This document shows, one piece after another, positions 1 to 13,613 of a DNA stretch of 64,000 nucleotides (position 1 is its first letter; each line of letters opens with the position of its first letter). This DNA comes from Mustelus asterias (taxonomy: Eukaryota). The stretch spans positions 682,001-746,000 of the forward strand of contig NC_135830.1 of NCBI RefSeq assembly GCF_964213995.1. Direction: 5' to 3'. The notes under the pieces are model-generated. The model made no database searches. It was not told the DNA's origin and saw only the letters and a list, made by a program, of their open reading frames with translations. The position numbers and the translations under genes were made by a program.

Positions 1-540
1 TAAAATCTATTTCCTTCACCATTTGGAATACTGCACCCAGTTCTGGTCGCCACACTACCAGAAGGATGTGGAGGCTTTAGAGAGAGTGCAGAGGAGGTTT
101 ACCAGGATGTTGTCTGGTATGGCAGGGCTTAGTTATGAGGAGAGATTGGGTAAACTGGGGTTGTTCTCACTGGAAAGACGGAGGATGAGGGGTGACCTAA
201 TAGAGGTGTATAAAATTATGAAAGGCATAGATAGGGTGAACGGTGGGAAGCTTTTTCCCAGATCGGTGGTGACGTTCACGAGGGGTCATAGGGGGGGGGG
301 AGAGGCAGAAGGTTCAACACGGATATCAGAAGGACGTATTTTACACAGAGGGTGGTGGGGGCCTGGAATGCACTGCTCGGCAAGGTGGTGGAGGCGGACA
401 CACTGGGAACGTTTAAGACTTATCTAGATAGCCATATGAACGGAGGGATACAAAAGAATGGTCTAGTTTGGACCAGGAGCGGCGCGGGCTTGGAGGGCTG
501 AAGGGTCTGTTCCTGTGCTGTATTGTTCTTTTGTACTCTG
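1..540 (+). mobile_element. CR1 LINE 3' fragment (RT C-terminal region and 3' UTR)
   Basis: ORF 23..427 contains LEYCxQFWSPHY, LERVQRRFTRML and LFSLERRRMRGDLIEVYK, all typical CR1 ORF2 C-terminal motifs; frameshifted. Confidence 0.9.
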
Positions 541-1003
541 CCCAATTGTGTGTCTCTCTCTCCCTCTCCACCCATAGAGGTCTTGTGACGGTCCAGGCTG
601 CGAGGCAGGTTCTCTTCCCTGAAGCACATTCATGATTCAGTTGGATTTGTGACCTGAAAATCATCTGATTTTGAGTATGAAAGAAACAAACATTGTTTGT
701 TGAGGGAGGTTCTGTTAAATTTCTTGTTGAATTGCAGATACCTCCATAACTGACTTTTCTTCCTCCTTCCATAGAAACCAGAGTCTTGAGGATGGGTTCA
801 GACTGGGTGACAGGTTCCCTTTTCTGATGGACATTCGTGAACCAGTTGTGTTTTGACAACAACCCAGCAGTTTTCATAGTCGCTTCTTCCCAGTGCCGGC
901 TCCACAAGTTACCAGATTCATTTATCTCAATTTCACAATCTGCCTTTGTGCTTTTCTGGCTTCTCTCTCACTTGCTTTTTTCTGTTTTAAACCTATTTCA
1001 CAG

Positions 1004-1596
1004 GGTGTTAGAAGGGGATGATTCGCAGTAGGGGAACTGAAATCAAACATTACATCCGGATCTGACAGAGTCACCCAATTTATCATGATCTGAATATCAT
1101 CCGATTTTGAACTTGGAAAGAACAAGCACCGTTCACAGTGGGGAGAAACCGTACATGTGTTCTGTGTGTAGACGAGGATTCAGCCGATCTTTGGGCTGTC
1201 AAAGCATCAATGCAGTCAGAGTGTGGAAAACTGTGGCATTGTGGAGACTGTGGGAAGGGATTTAGTTATCCAGTTCAACTAGAGACTCATCGGCGCACCC
1301 ACACTGGGGAGGGACCATTCACCTGCTCCAAGTGTGAGAAGAGATTCACTCAGTCTGTCCACCTGCAGACACACCTGTGAATTCACACTGGAGAGAAGCC
1401 ATTCACCTGCTCCCAGTGTGGGAAGGGATTCATTAATTCAACTGACCTGCTCACACATAAACGAGGTCACACCAGGGAGAGACTGTTTCCCTCCCCTGAG
1501 TGCGGCAAGAGATTCAACAATTCATTCAACCTGCTGAATCACAAGTGGGTTCACACTGGGAAGAGGCTGTACGACTGCTCCATGTGTGGGAAATAG
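1004..1596 (+). pseudogene. C2H2 zinc-finger gene exon, pseudogenised
   Basis: Acceptor TTTCACAG ends 1003. Repeated CxxC..H..H fingers with HTGEKP linkers (CGDCGKGFSYPVQLETHRRTHTGEGPFTCSKC). In-frame TGA at 1378-1380 within HL*IHTGEKP, and degenerate later fingers. Confidence 0.85.
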
Positions 1597-2050
1597 GGGG
1601 GAGGGGGAAGGATCAGGGGAGAAATACGGGGGAGGGGGAAGGAGCTTACATTCATACAGACTCACTCACTCAGTGAGTGATCAGATCTCTCTGAACTATG
1701 ACACAAGTCTTAGTTACTTACTATGAATAAGAATTAAATCCATTTGCTGATCTCTCAGTAATGGACTTGCTGCCGCCTCAAACAAAACTGTTTTCACCAC
1801 TAGGGCTCTGCTGTGATTGGATAGTCTCCATGACTGGGGACAGGGTGACATCATCAGAGTCCATTGTTTCTGAATGATCCACATCAATAACAAGAGGAAA
1901 TATTCATCAAGCTGAGCACATTATCTGGACTGGCTCTCCAGTCTGACATTGAGGGACTGCTGCACTGGGACACACACCATCCTTCAGATGGAGCTTGTGC
2001 TCTGGCCACAATCTTCCAATCCTCCTTCTACAGCAGTGGTGTGAAAGGGG

Positions 2051-2150
2051 GAAACCCACACAGACACGGGGAGAATGTGCAAACTCCGCACAGACATTGA
2101 CCCAAGCCGGGAATCGAACCCGGGTCCCTGGCGCTGTGAGGCAGCAGTGC
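2051..2150 (-). mobile_element. HE1-like tRNA-derived SINE fragment
   Basis: Reverse complement of the SINE head seen at 10139 and 41133. Confidence 0.75.
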
Positions 2151-2512
2151 AGACAACATTGTATGTTTTCAAGAACATGTTAGATATTGCTCTTCGGAAT
2201 CAATGGATATTGGGTGGAGGGGGAAGGATAAATAGGTTACTAAATTGGATGATCAGCCATGAACCTAATTAATGTCTTATTTCTATTTTCTATGTTAACT
2301 TGTATTACAGATATTAAAAAGACTTGACACAGAGTGTATCAAACACCAAGCTGACTTATTTGAACTTTGACTAGGATATCAATATCTATAACTGATTGGA
2401 GTTTATTAACATCAGCATTAAGTTGATTTTTCTCTTCACCCCACCAGTAACTGCAACACTCTACTCTGCACCTTGTCATTTTCCCCTATGTACTTCATGA
2501 ACGTTATGTTTT

Positions 2513-4148
2513 TGGTGTCACAGGCTGATAGGCTGGAGGAAGTACATGTTCGGAGGGAAGATGTACTCGCAAGTTTGAATAAACTGAAAGTTGATAAGTC
2601 CCCTGGGCCTGATGAATTATATCCTAGGAGTCTTTGGGAGGCAAGGGATGAGATTGCAGAGCCTTAGGCATTGATCTTTGCGTCCTCACTGTCCACGGGG
2701 GTGGTGCCAGAGGACTGGAGAGTGGCGAATGTGGTTCCTCTGTTTAAGAAAGGGAATAGAAATGACCCTGATAATTATAGGCCGGTTAGTCTTACTTCGG
2801 TGGTCGGTAAGTTGATGGAAAATGTCCTCAGGGATAGGATTTACGACCATTTCGAAAGATGCAGCTTAATCCGGGATAGTCAGCACGGATTTGTGAAGGG
2901 CAAGTCTTGCCTCACAAATTTGATAGAATTTTTTGAGGAGGTAACTAAGTATGTAGATGAAGGTAGTGCAGTTGATGTCATATACATGGATTTTAGTAAG
3001 GCATTTGATAAAGTCCCCCATGGTCGGCTTATGAAGAAAGTAAGGATGTGTGGGATAGAGGGAAGTTTGACTGATTGGATAGGTAACTGGCTATCTAACA
3101 GAAGACAGGGGGTGGTGGTGGATGGAAAATTTTCGGACTGGAAACTGGTTACCAGCGGAGTGCCACAGGGATCAGTGCTTGGTCCTCTGCTATTTGTCAT
3201 TTTTATAAATGACTTGGAGGAGGGGGCTGAAGGGTGGATCAGTAAATTTGCTGAGACACCAAGATTGGTGGAGTAGTGGATGAGGTGGAGGGCTGTTGTA
3301 GGCTGCAAAGAGATATAGATAGGATGCAGAGCTGGGCTGAAAAATGGCAAATGGAGTTTAACCCTGACAAATGCGAGGTGATTCATTTTGGGAGGACAAA
3401 TTTAAATGTGGATTACAGGGTCAAAGGTAGGGTTCTGAAGAATGTGGAGGAACAGAGAGATCTTGGGGTTCATATCCATAGATCTCTGAAGGTTGTCACT
3501 CAAGTGGATAGAGCCGTGAAGAAGGCCTATAGTGTGTTGGCGTTCATTAACAGGGGATTTGAGTTTAAGAGCCGTGAGGTTATGCTGCAACTGTACAGGA
3601 CCTTGGTGAGACCACATTTGGAATATTGTGTGCAGTTCTGGTCACCTCACTATAAGAAGGATGTGGAGACACTGGAAAGAGTGCAAAGGAGATTTACCAG
3701 GATGCTGCCTGGTTTGGAGGGTAGGTCTTATGAGGAAAGGTTGAGGGAACTTGGGCTTTTCTCTTTGGAGCGGAGGAGGTTGAGAGGAGACTTGATAGAT
3801 GTCTATAAGATGATGAGGGGGATAGATAGAGAGAACGTTCAAAGACTATTTCCTCAGGTGAATGGAGTGGTAACTAGGGGGCATAACTATAGGGTTCATG
3901 GTGGGAGATATAGGAAGGATGTCCCAGGTAGGTGTTTTACTCAGAGAGTGGTTGGGGTGTGGAATGGACTGCCTGCAGTGATAGTGGAGTCAGAAACTTT
4001 AGGAACATTTAAGAAGCTATTGGATAGGCACATGGAGCACACCAGGATGATAGGGAGTGGGATAGCTTGATCTTGGTTTCAGACAAAGCTCGGCACAACA
4101 ACGTGGGCCGAAGGGCCTGTTCTGTGCTGTACTGTTCTATGTTTTATC
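2513..4148 (+). mobile_element. CR1 LINE, 5'-truncated (RT domain and 3' UTR)
   Basis: ORFs 2671..3276 and 3276..4070 contain [17 protein letters not shown] and [13 protein letters not shown], with a frameshift at the FADD site; 3' tail GTTCTAT. Confidence 0.95.
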
Positions 4149-4285
4149 TGTAAAGCACACATGAAACAATATTTTACACTGTATCCCAGTACGTGACAAT
4201 AAATCAAATCAAAAGATCCCAATGATCAATGTTAATTCTGCATTTGATCAGCAGCAAAATCCAATCATTGCAGTTACTCCTGATT

Positions 4286-5170
4286 TCACTGGTGTGTCAC
4301 TTGGTCAGATGAATTAGTGAAATCCTTCCCAAATGCGGAGCAGATGAATGGTCTCTTCTCATTATGAACTCGTTGGTGTCGAGTGAGGTGAGATGATTCC
4401 CTGAACCCAGTCCCACAGTGAGAGCATCTGAACGGTCTCTCGTCAATGTGAACACGTTGATGGGACATGAGTTCCTGGGAACTTTTAAAACACTTCCCAC
4501 AGTCTGAGCATTTAAAAAGCCTCTCATCAGTGTGGACACGTTGGTGTTGTCTCAACAGAGTGAATGAGTCTCTGAATCCCTACCCACACTCCGAGCAGGT
4601 GAATAGTTTTTCCCCAATGTGAATGTGCTGATGTTTACTGAAATTAGATGATGTCTTGAACCCAGTCCCGCATTGAGAGCACCTGAACAATCTCTCATCA
4701 GAGTGAACAAGTTGATGATGCAACAGGTCTCTGGAACTTTTAAAGCACTTTCCACAGTCTGAGCATTTAAACGATCTCTCATCAGTGTGAATTCGCTGGT
4801 GTCTCCAAAGGCTGGATGATCGAGTGAATTCCTTCCCACACTCGGAGCAGGTGAGTGGATACTCCCCAGTGTGACTGCGTTGATATCTTTCCAGGTCAGG
4901 TGGGCAATTGAATTGCTTCCGACAATCCCTAAATTTCAACAACTTTTCCCCATTATCACTACATTTATGTTCTGACAGGTCAGGTGATTGGCTGAAGCCT
5001 CGTCCACACACAGAATACATATACATCCTTCTCCCCACTGTGAACTGTGCTTTTTCCTTCCATGTTCAAAATCCAATGATATTCAGGTCACGGTAAATTG
5101 AGCGACTGTCAGATCCTGAAATGAGATTTGGTTTCAGTTTCTCGGCTGCAAATCCTCCCTCTCTGACACC
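4286..5170 (-). pseudogene. C2H2 zinc-finger gene exon, pseudogenised (paralogue of 1004-1596)
   Basis: ORFs 4580..5038 and 4286..4555 carry tandem C2H2 fingers ([16 protein letters not shown]). ATG at 5063-5061 is followed by a frameshift, and there is an in-frame TAG at 4582-4580; acceptor TTTCGCAG at 5171. Confidence 0.85.
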
Positions 5171-6544
5171 CTGCGAAATTGATTTAAAACAGGAAAACAA
5201 GGGAGTGAGAGAGAACACACAAAAGGCAGGTTGTGATATTGAGCTGAATGAATCTGGTAATTTGTGGAGCCAGCAGAAGGAAAAGTGACCATGAAAACTG
5301 CTGGAAACCCAACAGGTTCTCAATATCATTAATAAAGTAATTTATTACATGAACTGAGCAGATTAAACACCCTGGTTCCATCACAGGAGAAAGAGAACCA
5401 GAGAAAGAAAGAGATTACAGAGAGATACATTGATGGCGAAGGGAACGATTTCATGGATTTACAACACAATCAAATTCTTGATGAGATTTACCAAACCACC
5501 ACCCCAAAGGACCAGGTTAGCAGCTCTATGTTAGGCACACACTGATACCAGGTCCTGGATAAACAGAAAATTCCTCCGCTAATATATCAGGAAGACTGAA
5601 AAGATTTGTTTTCAGTCCCCACTACAAATTCTCCTCCCGAGCCACCAACTCCATCCCTCTCGGGGGATGCAAGCAAACTGTTCACAATCTTGGTGTCACT
5701 ATTTAGTACAAGATGAACTTCCAACTACATATCCACATCATCACCAAGCCCGTCTGTTTCCAACTCAGCAATATCGCTTGACTCCATCCCAGTCTCAGCT
5801 CAGCTTCTACAGAAGCTCTGATCAATTTCTTTGTTACTGCTCGACTTAACTGTCCGAAACACCTCCAGCCATCTTCCCTCAATCAACAATCCTCTAATCT
5901 TGAGGTTATTCAAAATTCCCCTGCATTCACTGACCTACAAAGTGCTGCGTGTTAAGGAACATCAGTACACCAATTTAAAAAAATTTATCATCCTTTATTT
6001 GCTCCGTGGTTGTAACCATTCAGATCTCTGAAATCTGCTCCAGACACACACCCTTCCAGATCTCGACACTCATCTCATTTTGGCCTCTTGAACATTCCTC
6101 ATTTTAATTGCTCCAAAATTGGTGACCATTTTTTCATTCCCCTGGGCCACAAGTTCTGGAATTTCAACCTTAAACCTCTCCACCTCACTTTCCTCCTTCA
6201 AGACTCTCCTCAACACCTCCCTCTTTGACCAAGCTTTTGGTCACCTGCCCTGAGGATTTTCACAGTCACTGCTTTACAGTATTAATGTAAGCCTATTTCT
6301 GACACCAATGACTAAATATATATGTGGCTCAGTGTCTAATGCTTCTTTGTGAGATTTTGGTGAAATTACTTGGAAAGTTTAATTATGTTAAAAGCAAAAT
6401 AAAGTGCATATTATTGTCACTGCCTTGAACATAGATCGTTGTTCTGCCTCATAAATAAGACATTGTAACACAAAGTGTGAATGAGTTTGATGGACATGTT
6501 GTTCCCCTGCTGTCATTGAACAAAATTAAACATTGCAGCTCATC

Positions 6545-6940
6545 AACGTGGCGACTGCGCATGCGTGGTATTGCAAATTGCTCCTCACAAAGATGACCGC
6601 GCATTGCCCGCAAGGAACATGGCGGCCGTGAACTCGGGTCTGCAACTGTGAAAAAACACGGACCTGCTCGATGCAAACGCGGGGACCAGAATTTCCGTTT
6701 CAGGGTTTATACAACATGTTTACGAAGCCTTTCTGCCCACCTGCCGGATCCATCGCTCACCACAAGCCGCCTTTCTACCCACTTACCAATTGGACATCAC
6801 CATTACTCACACTGCGCATGCTCCACACCAAGCCCCGCCCCTCATTGGCTCCGAATTGTTGGAGGACCAGCCACTCCCGCTCGGTCCTCCAGTCCCGCCC
6901 CTCTCTTCCTATTGGTCCGGAGCTGCCGTCAATCAGCCGG
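6545..6940. promoter_or_regulatory. CpG-rich housekeeping-type promoter
   Basis: NRF1-like TGCGCATGCG (6556), YY1-like AACATGGCGGC (6616), CCAATTGG (6786), and two GC-box + ATTGG modules (6833-6848, 6893-6915). Confidence 0.6.
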
Positions 6941-7000
6941 TTATTGTGATGGTTTCAGATGGTGAGAGCGGCCACAGACTCAGGCTGACTTGCTGATTAT

Positions 7001-7480
7001 TGATGTGGAGGTGCCGGCGTTGGACTGGGGTAAACACAGTAAGAAGTCTCACAACACCAGGTTAAAGTCCAACAGGTTTATTTGGTAGCACAAGCGTTCG
7101 GAGCGCTGCTCCTTCATCAGGTGAGTGGGATTTCTGTTCACAAACAGGGTCTACATAGACACAAACTCAATTTACAAGATAATGGTTGGAATGCGAGTCT
7201 TTACAGGTAATTAAGTCTTAAAGGTACAGACAATGTGAGTGGAGAGAGGGTTAAGCACAGGTTAAAGAGATGTGTATTGTCTCAAGCCAGGACAGTTAGT
7301 GAGATTTTTCAAGCCCAAGCAAGTCTTGGGGGTTAGAGATAGTGTGACATGAACCCAAGATCCCGGTTGAAGCCGAAACTTGGCTATCAGTCTCTGCTCA
7401 GTGACTCTGCGTTGTCGTGTGTCGTGAAGGCCGCCTTGGAGAACGCTTACCCGAAGATCAGAGGCCGAATGCCCGAGACC
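7001..7480 (-). mobile_element. Penelope-like element fragment (pseudo-LTR plus end of GIY-YIG ORF)
   Basis: Same terminus (TGATGTGGAG.TGCCGGCGTTGGACTGGGG) as the GIY-YIG-encoding copy at 30010; 12-bp TSD GCTGATTATTGA at 6992-7003 and 7481-7492. Confidence 0.85.
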
Positions 7481-7659
7481 GCTGATTATTGACAGCATTT
7501 TGTGTTTGGGAACTAGAGCTGGAGATGGATGGTCAGTTCCCCTCTGTCCGGGGCTGGGGGATTCACACTCATTTCCCCAGGACACTCATTATCACCGCAA
7601 CATTACAGGTGAACGTCCCTGCTTCAATCGCGCCTCCAGATTTTGTACTTAATTGTCCA

Positions 7660-8425
7660 AATTTAATGGGAGACAACAGAGAATATTCAATGCGGCAAAA
7701 ATGAGGTGATGCGTTTCATTGGTTAAAAAGCTAAATCATGCACTAAGTGTTGAAGGTTTACAAGTTGCAAAAGAACAGAAAACGATGGCGGAAAGGCAGA
7801 TAAATAGGGTGGTGAAAAAGCCATATTGCACACTCGCCTTTATCAATCAGGGTATAGATTACAAAAATAGAGAAGTCATGATGGAGTTGTCTCGAACTGG
7901 AGTACTGTGCGCAGTTCTGGTCGTGACATTATAGGAAGGACATGAACACACTGGAAGGAGTGCAGAGGGGATTCACCAGGATGCTGCCTGGGATGGAACG
8001 TTTAAGTTATGAAGAGAGGTTGAAGAGGCTTGGGTTGTTTTCCCTGGAGCAGAGAAGACTGAGGGAATGACCTGATTGAGGTGTTCAAGATTATGAGGGG
8101 CATAGACAGGGTGGATAGGGAGCAGCGGTTCCCCTTAGTTGAAGGGTCAGTTACGAGGGGACACAAATTAAAAGTGAGGGGTCAGAGGTTTAAGGGGGAT
8201 GTGAGGAAAAACGTTTTTACTCAAGAGGGTGGTGACGGTGTGGAGGGTGGTGGAGGTGGGATGCCTCACATCCTTTGACATGTACTTGGATGAGTACTTG
8301 GTTCACCATAACATTCAAGGTTCTGGGCCAAGTGCTGGCAAGTGGGATCAGATGGGCAGTTCAGGGCATTTCATGCGTCAGTGCAGTCTCAATGGGCCTC
8401 TTCTGCACTGAAGTATTCTGTGATT
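7660..8425 (+). mobile_element. Degenerate CR1 LINE 3' fragment
   Basis: Partial ORFs with LAFINQGIDYK and FKIMRGIDRVD..FPLVEGSVTRGHKLK. Confidence 0.8.
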
Positions 8426-8623
8426 TTGTGATGGAAAATTCTAGTTTGCAACTTGTCCTATTAATTAGCAGGTTCAAGATTCCAGTACCAGCAACTTGAA
8501 AACTTTATTAAGAAATATATACTGAGCAGGTAGGATGGTTGCGAGGCGCTGCAGAAATCAGTGTCATCCAGCCCAGCTGGTCCTCTCCTTGTCTCTTAAA
8601 TGGTGGAGAACTGGGACATCCTG

Positions 8624-9721
8624 GCCCAGATTCTCTCATTGCCCCCCCCCCCCCCCCAATTTTCTGGCGGGTCCGGCCGGAAGATACGTGTCTGCGGTCT
8701 TGAACGGGGATTTGTGCATGCACCGGGAACGCATGCGCATCTCCCAGAGCCGACGAACAGTCACCGGTCCGACCACGCTGGAAACTGGCAGGAAGGCAGG
8801 TAAATCATTTAAATCTGTTTTTAATCTATTTTAAATATGTATATTTGTTAAATATCAGGACCTTTCAGGTCCCGATCAAATCTCCCACCCCGCCAGGAGG
8901 ACTGTATTCCGGCGGGGTTCAGACTAGATCCCCACGTTCGGGGAACGAGTGGGAGACCCCATGGGGGGGAAGGGGGGCAGGTGGGGCCCACCAGGGAGTA
9001 GGGCGGTGGGGTTGGTGCCCCCTGGTCATGCGCACATTGGGAGTGCCAGCCTGCACCCCCTGGCACTGCCCAAGGAGCAAAGTGCCCATGCCCAGGGCAC
9101 ACTGTGGCACAGCCCACCGGGTATCGGGCAGTGCCAAGTGGGTGGGGCCTACTGTGGGTGGGGCCTGAGGGCGATCTGTGGGGGTGAGGGGTCCTGCTGC
9201 CACTCTGCATTGGGATCAGTCTGGGATGGAGAGAGGGCAGCGATTTGGGCGGGCTGGGGGCATGGTCTGCCGGGGGGGGGCCTGCCTCCGGGGGTGTCTG
9301 ACCCTGAGAGGGGGTCAGCGGGGGGATCTGCGGGGGTGAGGGGGTTGGGGGAATTGCCACTGCTGAGGGTAGGGCCTGGACATCGGGGTGCTCCGGGGCA
9401 GAGGGGGTCGGGGCTGGCCCAGGAATTGTCATTGGGGCTGGAGGGGCAGCACTGTGGGGGGGCCCGAGGCTGCCCAGTGATCGGGCTGACCAGCAATGGG
9501 AGGTTGACAGCTTGGGGTCACTGCGCATGTGCTGAGCTCCGGAACTGTCAAACTCTGGGGTGAATAGGCCCCGCCCCCTGGGTTTATAATGAGATTCACG
9601 ACTGGGGCCTCTTCAGTGCACAGAGTGCGGAGATTCAGGTGAGAAGCTGAACTGACAGAACAGTCCCGGGATTTAGAACAGTTTTCCCGCCAATTCAGTA
9701 CTTTTGGAAGAATCGCTACCC
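8624..9721. mobile_element. GC-rich non-autonomous DNA transposon (PIF/Harbinger-like MITE)
   Basis: Imperfect terminal inverted repeats (GCCCAGATTCT.. / ..AGAATCGCTACCC) flanked by CTG on both sides (CWG-type TSD); G-rich non-coding interior. Confidence 0.5.
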
Positions 9722-10004
9722 CTGTGTCCAAACACATCCCACTCTGTCCACACTGAGAATCCCAGGATGGAAATCTGATGCATTCTGTCTCCAAACACAT
9801 CCCATCCTGTTCACACTGGAGCAGGAGGTGGGTCACGTAGACAAGATGAGCACAGGGTGCATGATCAGAGACGGGAGAGAAACTGGAGAAAGATGTGGGT
9901 TCAGGGCTCAGACAAGGGCGAGTTTTAGAGACAGTTTGTCTTGCTGGGTTAGTGGCAGTGAGGGAAGCAGCAAAGGCAGCTAATCGGATTATTTCAATCA
10001 GGGA

Positions 10005-10695
10005 GGCGGTGGTATGGCGGTATTATAAATGGATTAGTAATCCAGAGACCCAGGGCTCAGGCTTTGGGGGCCAGGTTCAAATCCCACCACATGGAGAAAT
10101 TTGAATTCAATAAAAATCTGGAATAAAATAGCTAATATGCGTGGCACAGTAGCACAGTGGTTAGCACTGCTGCTTCACAGCTCCAGGGACCTGGGTTCGA
10201 TTCCCGGCTTGGGTCACTGTCTGTGTGGAGTTTGCACATTCTCCTCGTGCCTGCGTGGGTTTCCTCCGGGTGCTCCGGTTTCCTCCCACAGTCCAAAGAT
10301 GTGTGGGTTAGGTTGATTGGCCATGCTAAAATTGTCCTTAGTGTCCTGGGATGCATAGGTTAGAGGGATTAGTGGGTAAATATGTAGGGATGTGGGGGTA
10401 GGGCCTGGGTGGGATTGTGGTCGATGCAGACTCGATGAGCCGAATGGCCTCTTTCTGTACTGTAGGGTTTCTAAAATTCTATGAATAATGACCATGATCC
10501 ATGGTCGATTCTTGTAAATGAGCCATCTGGTTCACTGATGCCCATTAGGGAAGGAAATCTGTCATCTTCATCTGGTCTAGCTTGGATGGGATTACAGATC
10601 CAAAGCAATGTGGTTGACCCTTAAATGCCCCCTGGAATGGGCAATGAATGCTGGCTTCAGCCAGCAACAGACACACCACATGAACAAATAAAAAA
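10005..10695 (+). mobile_element. Older SINE (SacSINE1/DeuSINE-like) interrupted by a younger HE1-like SINE
   Basis: tRNA-like head with GGTTCAAATCC box, conserved core CCATCTGGTTCACT..AGGGAAGGAAATCTG, and A-rich tail; related copy at 12840-13175. Confidence 0.55.
10139..10483 (+). mobile_element. HE1-like tRNA-derived SINE, full length
   Basis: A box (TAGCACAGTGGTT), B box (GGTTCGATTCC), central GTGGAGTTTGCACATTCTCC domain, and CR1-like 3' tail (GGCCTCTTTCTG..TTCTATG). Confidence 0.9.
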
Positions 10696-12839
10696 TCAAT
10701 CTCAGTGACACTCGCATTGGGTGCCAGTGACACTGATATCAATCTTGACACATCTTTTGTGTCTTTAACATTCCCACTCCCTTTGATCTTGCTCCATGAA
10801 ATCTTTTGTCAGTGAATCTCTCCCGTCCTGCGGCCTTTCAGACTTTTCCTTCTGTTCTTCCCCCCTTCCCCACCCCCACTCCCACTCCACTGACTCACTG
10901 ACCTGAAAACCTTCTGTTTCTCCTTCCATAGTTCCTTCCAGAACTTGCTGAGTATTTCCAGCTTTCCCATTTTTATATTAGATTTTATACATTCGGGTAT
11001 TTTATTTTGTACAAACCCGAAGTTTATCTGATCTATGTACACAATTTAATTCATGTATTCAGTTGGAGCAGAATATGGTGCTCAACCCTGCTAAAGGCTG
11101 CAGACAGGTCGAGAGGGGATATCTGTGCAAATTCCACATGGACAGTGACCCAGGGCTGGAATGGAACCCACTCCCTGGCGCTGTGAGGCAGCAGTACTAA
11201 CCACTGTGCCATCATGCAGCCCTTTTTTAAAAGAAACTTGCAGAATTTTTTTGATAATGTAACTAAGAATCCAATATTGTCAATGAGCAAGAGAACATCC
11301 AATTGGCATTGCATTCCCACAGTTCACTGTTTAACAATAAGGTGTCATCCATTGAGGACAGAGGTGAGGGGAACATTTTTCTTTCTCTCAGAGAGTCTGG
11401 AATTTATTCCTCAAATGCTGTGGAATACATAGAATCCCGATACTGCAGAGGTGGATTCAGCCCATCGAGTCTGCATCGATCCTCTGAAATGTAACTCTAT
11501 GTTGGCCTATTTGACTGTCTTATCACCATAACCACATGCATTGATTAGAGCCAATCCAACGAGCCTACACGTCTTCAGATGACGGAAGGGCCCAGAGGAA
11601 ACCAACACTGATATGGGTTGAACGTGCAAAATCCACACAGGCAGGCACTCAAGACCCTAACCGATGGCTCTGAGTGAGCAATGCTGAGAGTATGGAGAGA
11701 AAGCAGGAGCGGGATACTGAAAGTGCATGATCAGCCATGATCATATGAATGGTGGTGCTCGAAAGGCAGAATGGCCTACTCCTGCACCTATTTTCTAAGT
11801 TTCTATGCTTCTAGCTACTGAGGGTGTACCACTCCAAGGAAGCCCTGCACTGTCAGAAGTCCCGTCTTTCAGATGTGACCTTTAACTGTGGCCCCATCTG
11901 CCCTCTTAGTTGGGTGTAAAAATTCTCATGATGTTATTCTCAAGAGTATGGGGTTTCTCTCTGGTTTTACTGTTTAATATTTATCACTCAACAAACATCA
12001 TTGAACAGATTATCAGCTCAGAATCACATTTCTCTTTGTCGTATCTTGCTGTTTACAATTGGACTACTCCATTTCCAACATTACAACAGTGACTACGCTT
12101 CCACAGAACTTTATTGTCTGTGACACAGCATGGAACATGCTGAAGTTGTGAAAGGTGCTATGTAAATACAAACCTTCCTTTAACAAACCTCAGTCTGGCT
12201 CACCACAAACTGCTGAGTGAGTGAATTAAACCTTTCTTCACAATTCATAGAGACACCAGGCTACAATTCATATCATAAACATTGCCTATTAGTTACAAAT
12301 CACAACTTACAGTTAAATCTGGACATATTCTTTCCAGACATCTCTAAATATAAGCAGTTATCAAGCTGATAGGAGAGATATTTCACGGAACAAGCAGCAT
12401 AGATTCCAAAGACAGTGATTCACTGTCAATCAGCACTAATTTAATGCTGAGTGTTAAATACAGCACCAACAAGTATCTGAGGTGAGTTGGTGAGTTTACT
12501 TTCAGAGGAATTCCTTCAATATGTGACAAGTTAACAGCTTTGAACAGCCTGTGTATCAAATAACTCAAGCCAATTTCTGATTAAAGCGGTTAGAGTTCAT
12601 ACAGCCTCATCCTCAAGTTACAGAGCGGACTTTCTCCTGTCAATGTAAGGCTGCAGGATTGGACTGTGATCTGTGATCATCTTCAGTTTAATATAGAACG
12701 AGTGATGTGAAGTCAATTCCTGTATATCCAGGATGTCCTATGCTGATTTCCACAGTGCACTGATCAGAATGGTTGTTTTCAATGTGAAATTACCTGGTTT
12801 GATTCCTCATGGAGGATTTTCACTTCCATTCTTCTGGAA

Positions 12840-13175
12840 AGATGGTGACATTGTGGTAAAATCAGAGGAGTATGAATTCCAGGGCCCAGGAAGACAGGTC
12901 CAGATCAAACCATAGCCTAGAACTGAAACTGAAGTGAAAGCTCGTCTCATTAATGAAGATTTTTTCCGTTTGTAATGGAAACACATCTGGACCTTTACAG
13001 AAGGAAATCTGCCATCTTTACCCAGTCTGGTCTACGTGGGACTCGAGACCCACAGCAATGGGATTGACTCTTCACTGTCCATATGAAATGGCCCAGCAAA
13101 ATACTTCGTTCAAGGGAGAAAAGGGATGGCCAACAAATGCTGGCCTTGACAATGAAACACATATTCCATAATTAA
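12840..13175 (+). mobile_element. Degenerate SacSINE1/DeuSINE-like SINE
   Basis: Similar to the 10005-10695 flanking element (CATCTGG..AAGGAAATCTGCC..ACCCACAGCAATG). Confidence 0.5.
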
Positions 13176-13613
13176 TATTTTTATCAAATGACTAATGCTC
13201 ATTTATTTCATTTCATATCATACAGGGTGACATATTCTGATGGCTTATCATTTAAAACCTCAGACCTTTAGCTATGTAAACAGGTAAGGTTCAGTCAGAG
13301 AAAACTGATCCACTGTGACCCAAAAACAGGATACTGCAGTTGCTGCAAATCCTCCCTCAAAACAGAAAATATTGGAAACACTCAGGGTAAACAACTTCTC
13401 TGGAGAGATAAAGTGAATGTTTCAAGTTGGTGAATTTTTATCCAAACGGGAAGAAATTAGAGCTCAATCGTTTGCAACCAAGTTCAGAGTCAGGAAAAAA
13501 AGAGAGGGAGAAGAAAAAAGAGTAAACAGTTTTGTGATTGGATGCAAGGCTGGAGTGATTATATGACAAATGGGATGATGCCAAGCAACAAAATGGTTGT
13601 ATTCTGCATATTA

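Noticed and set aside
8845-9563. Overlapping 100-226 aa Pro/Gly-rich ORFs on both strands
   Set aside because: Expected artefact of very GC-rich MITE interior; no domain motifs.
10139-10215. tRNA-like heads of SINEs as tRNA genes
   Set aside because: They continue into the SINE body and CR1-like tail, so they were counted as SINEs.
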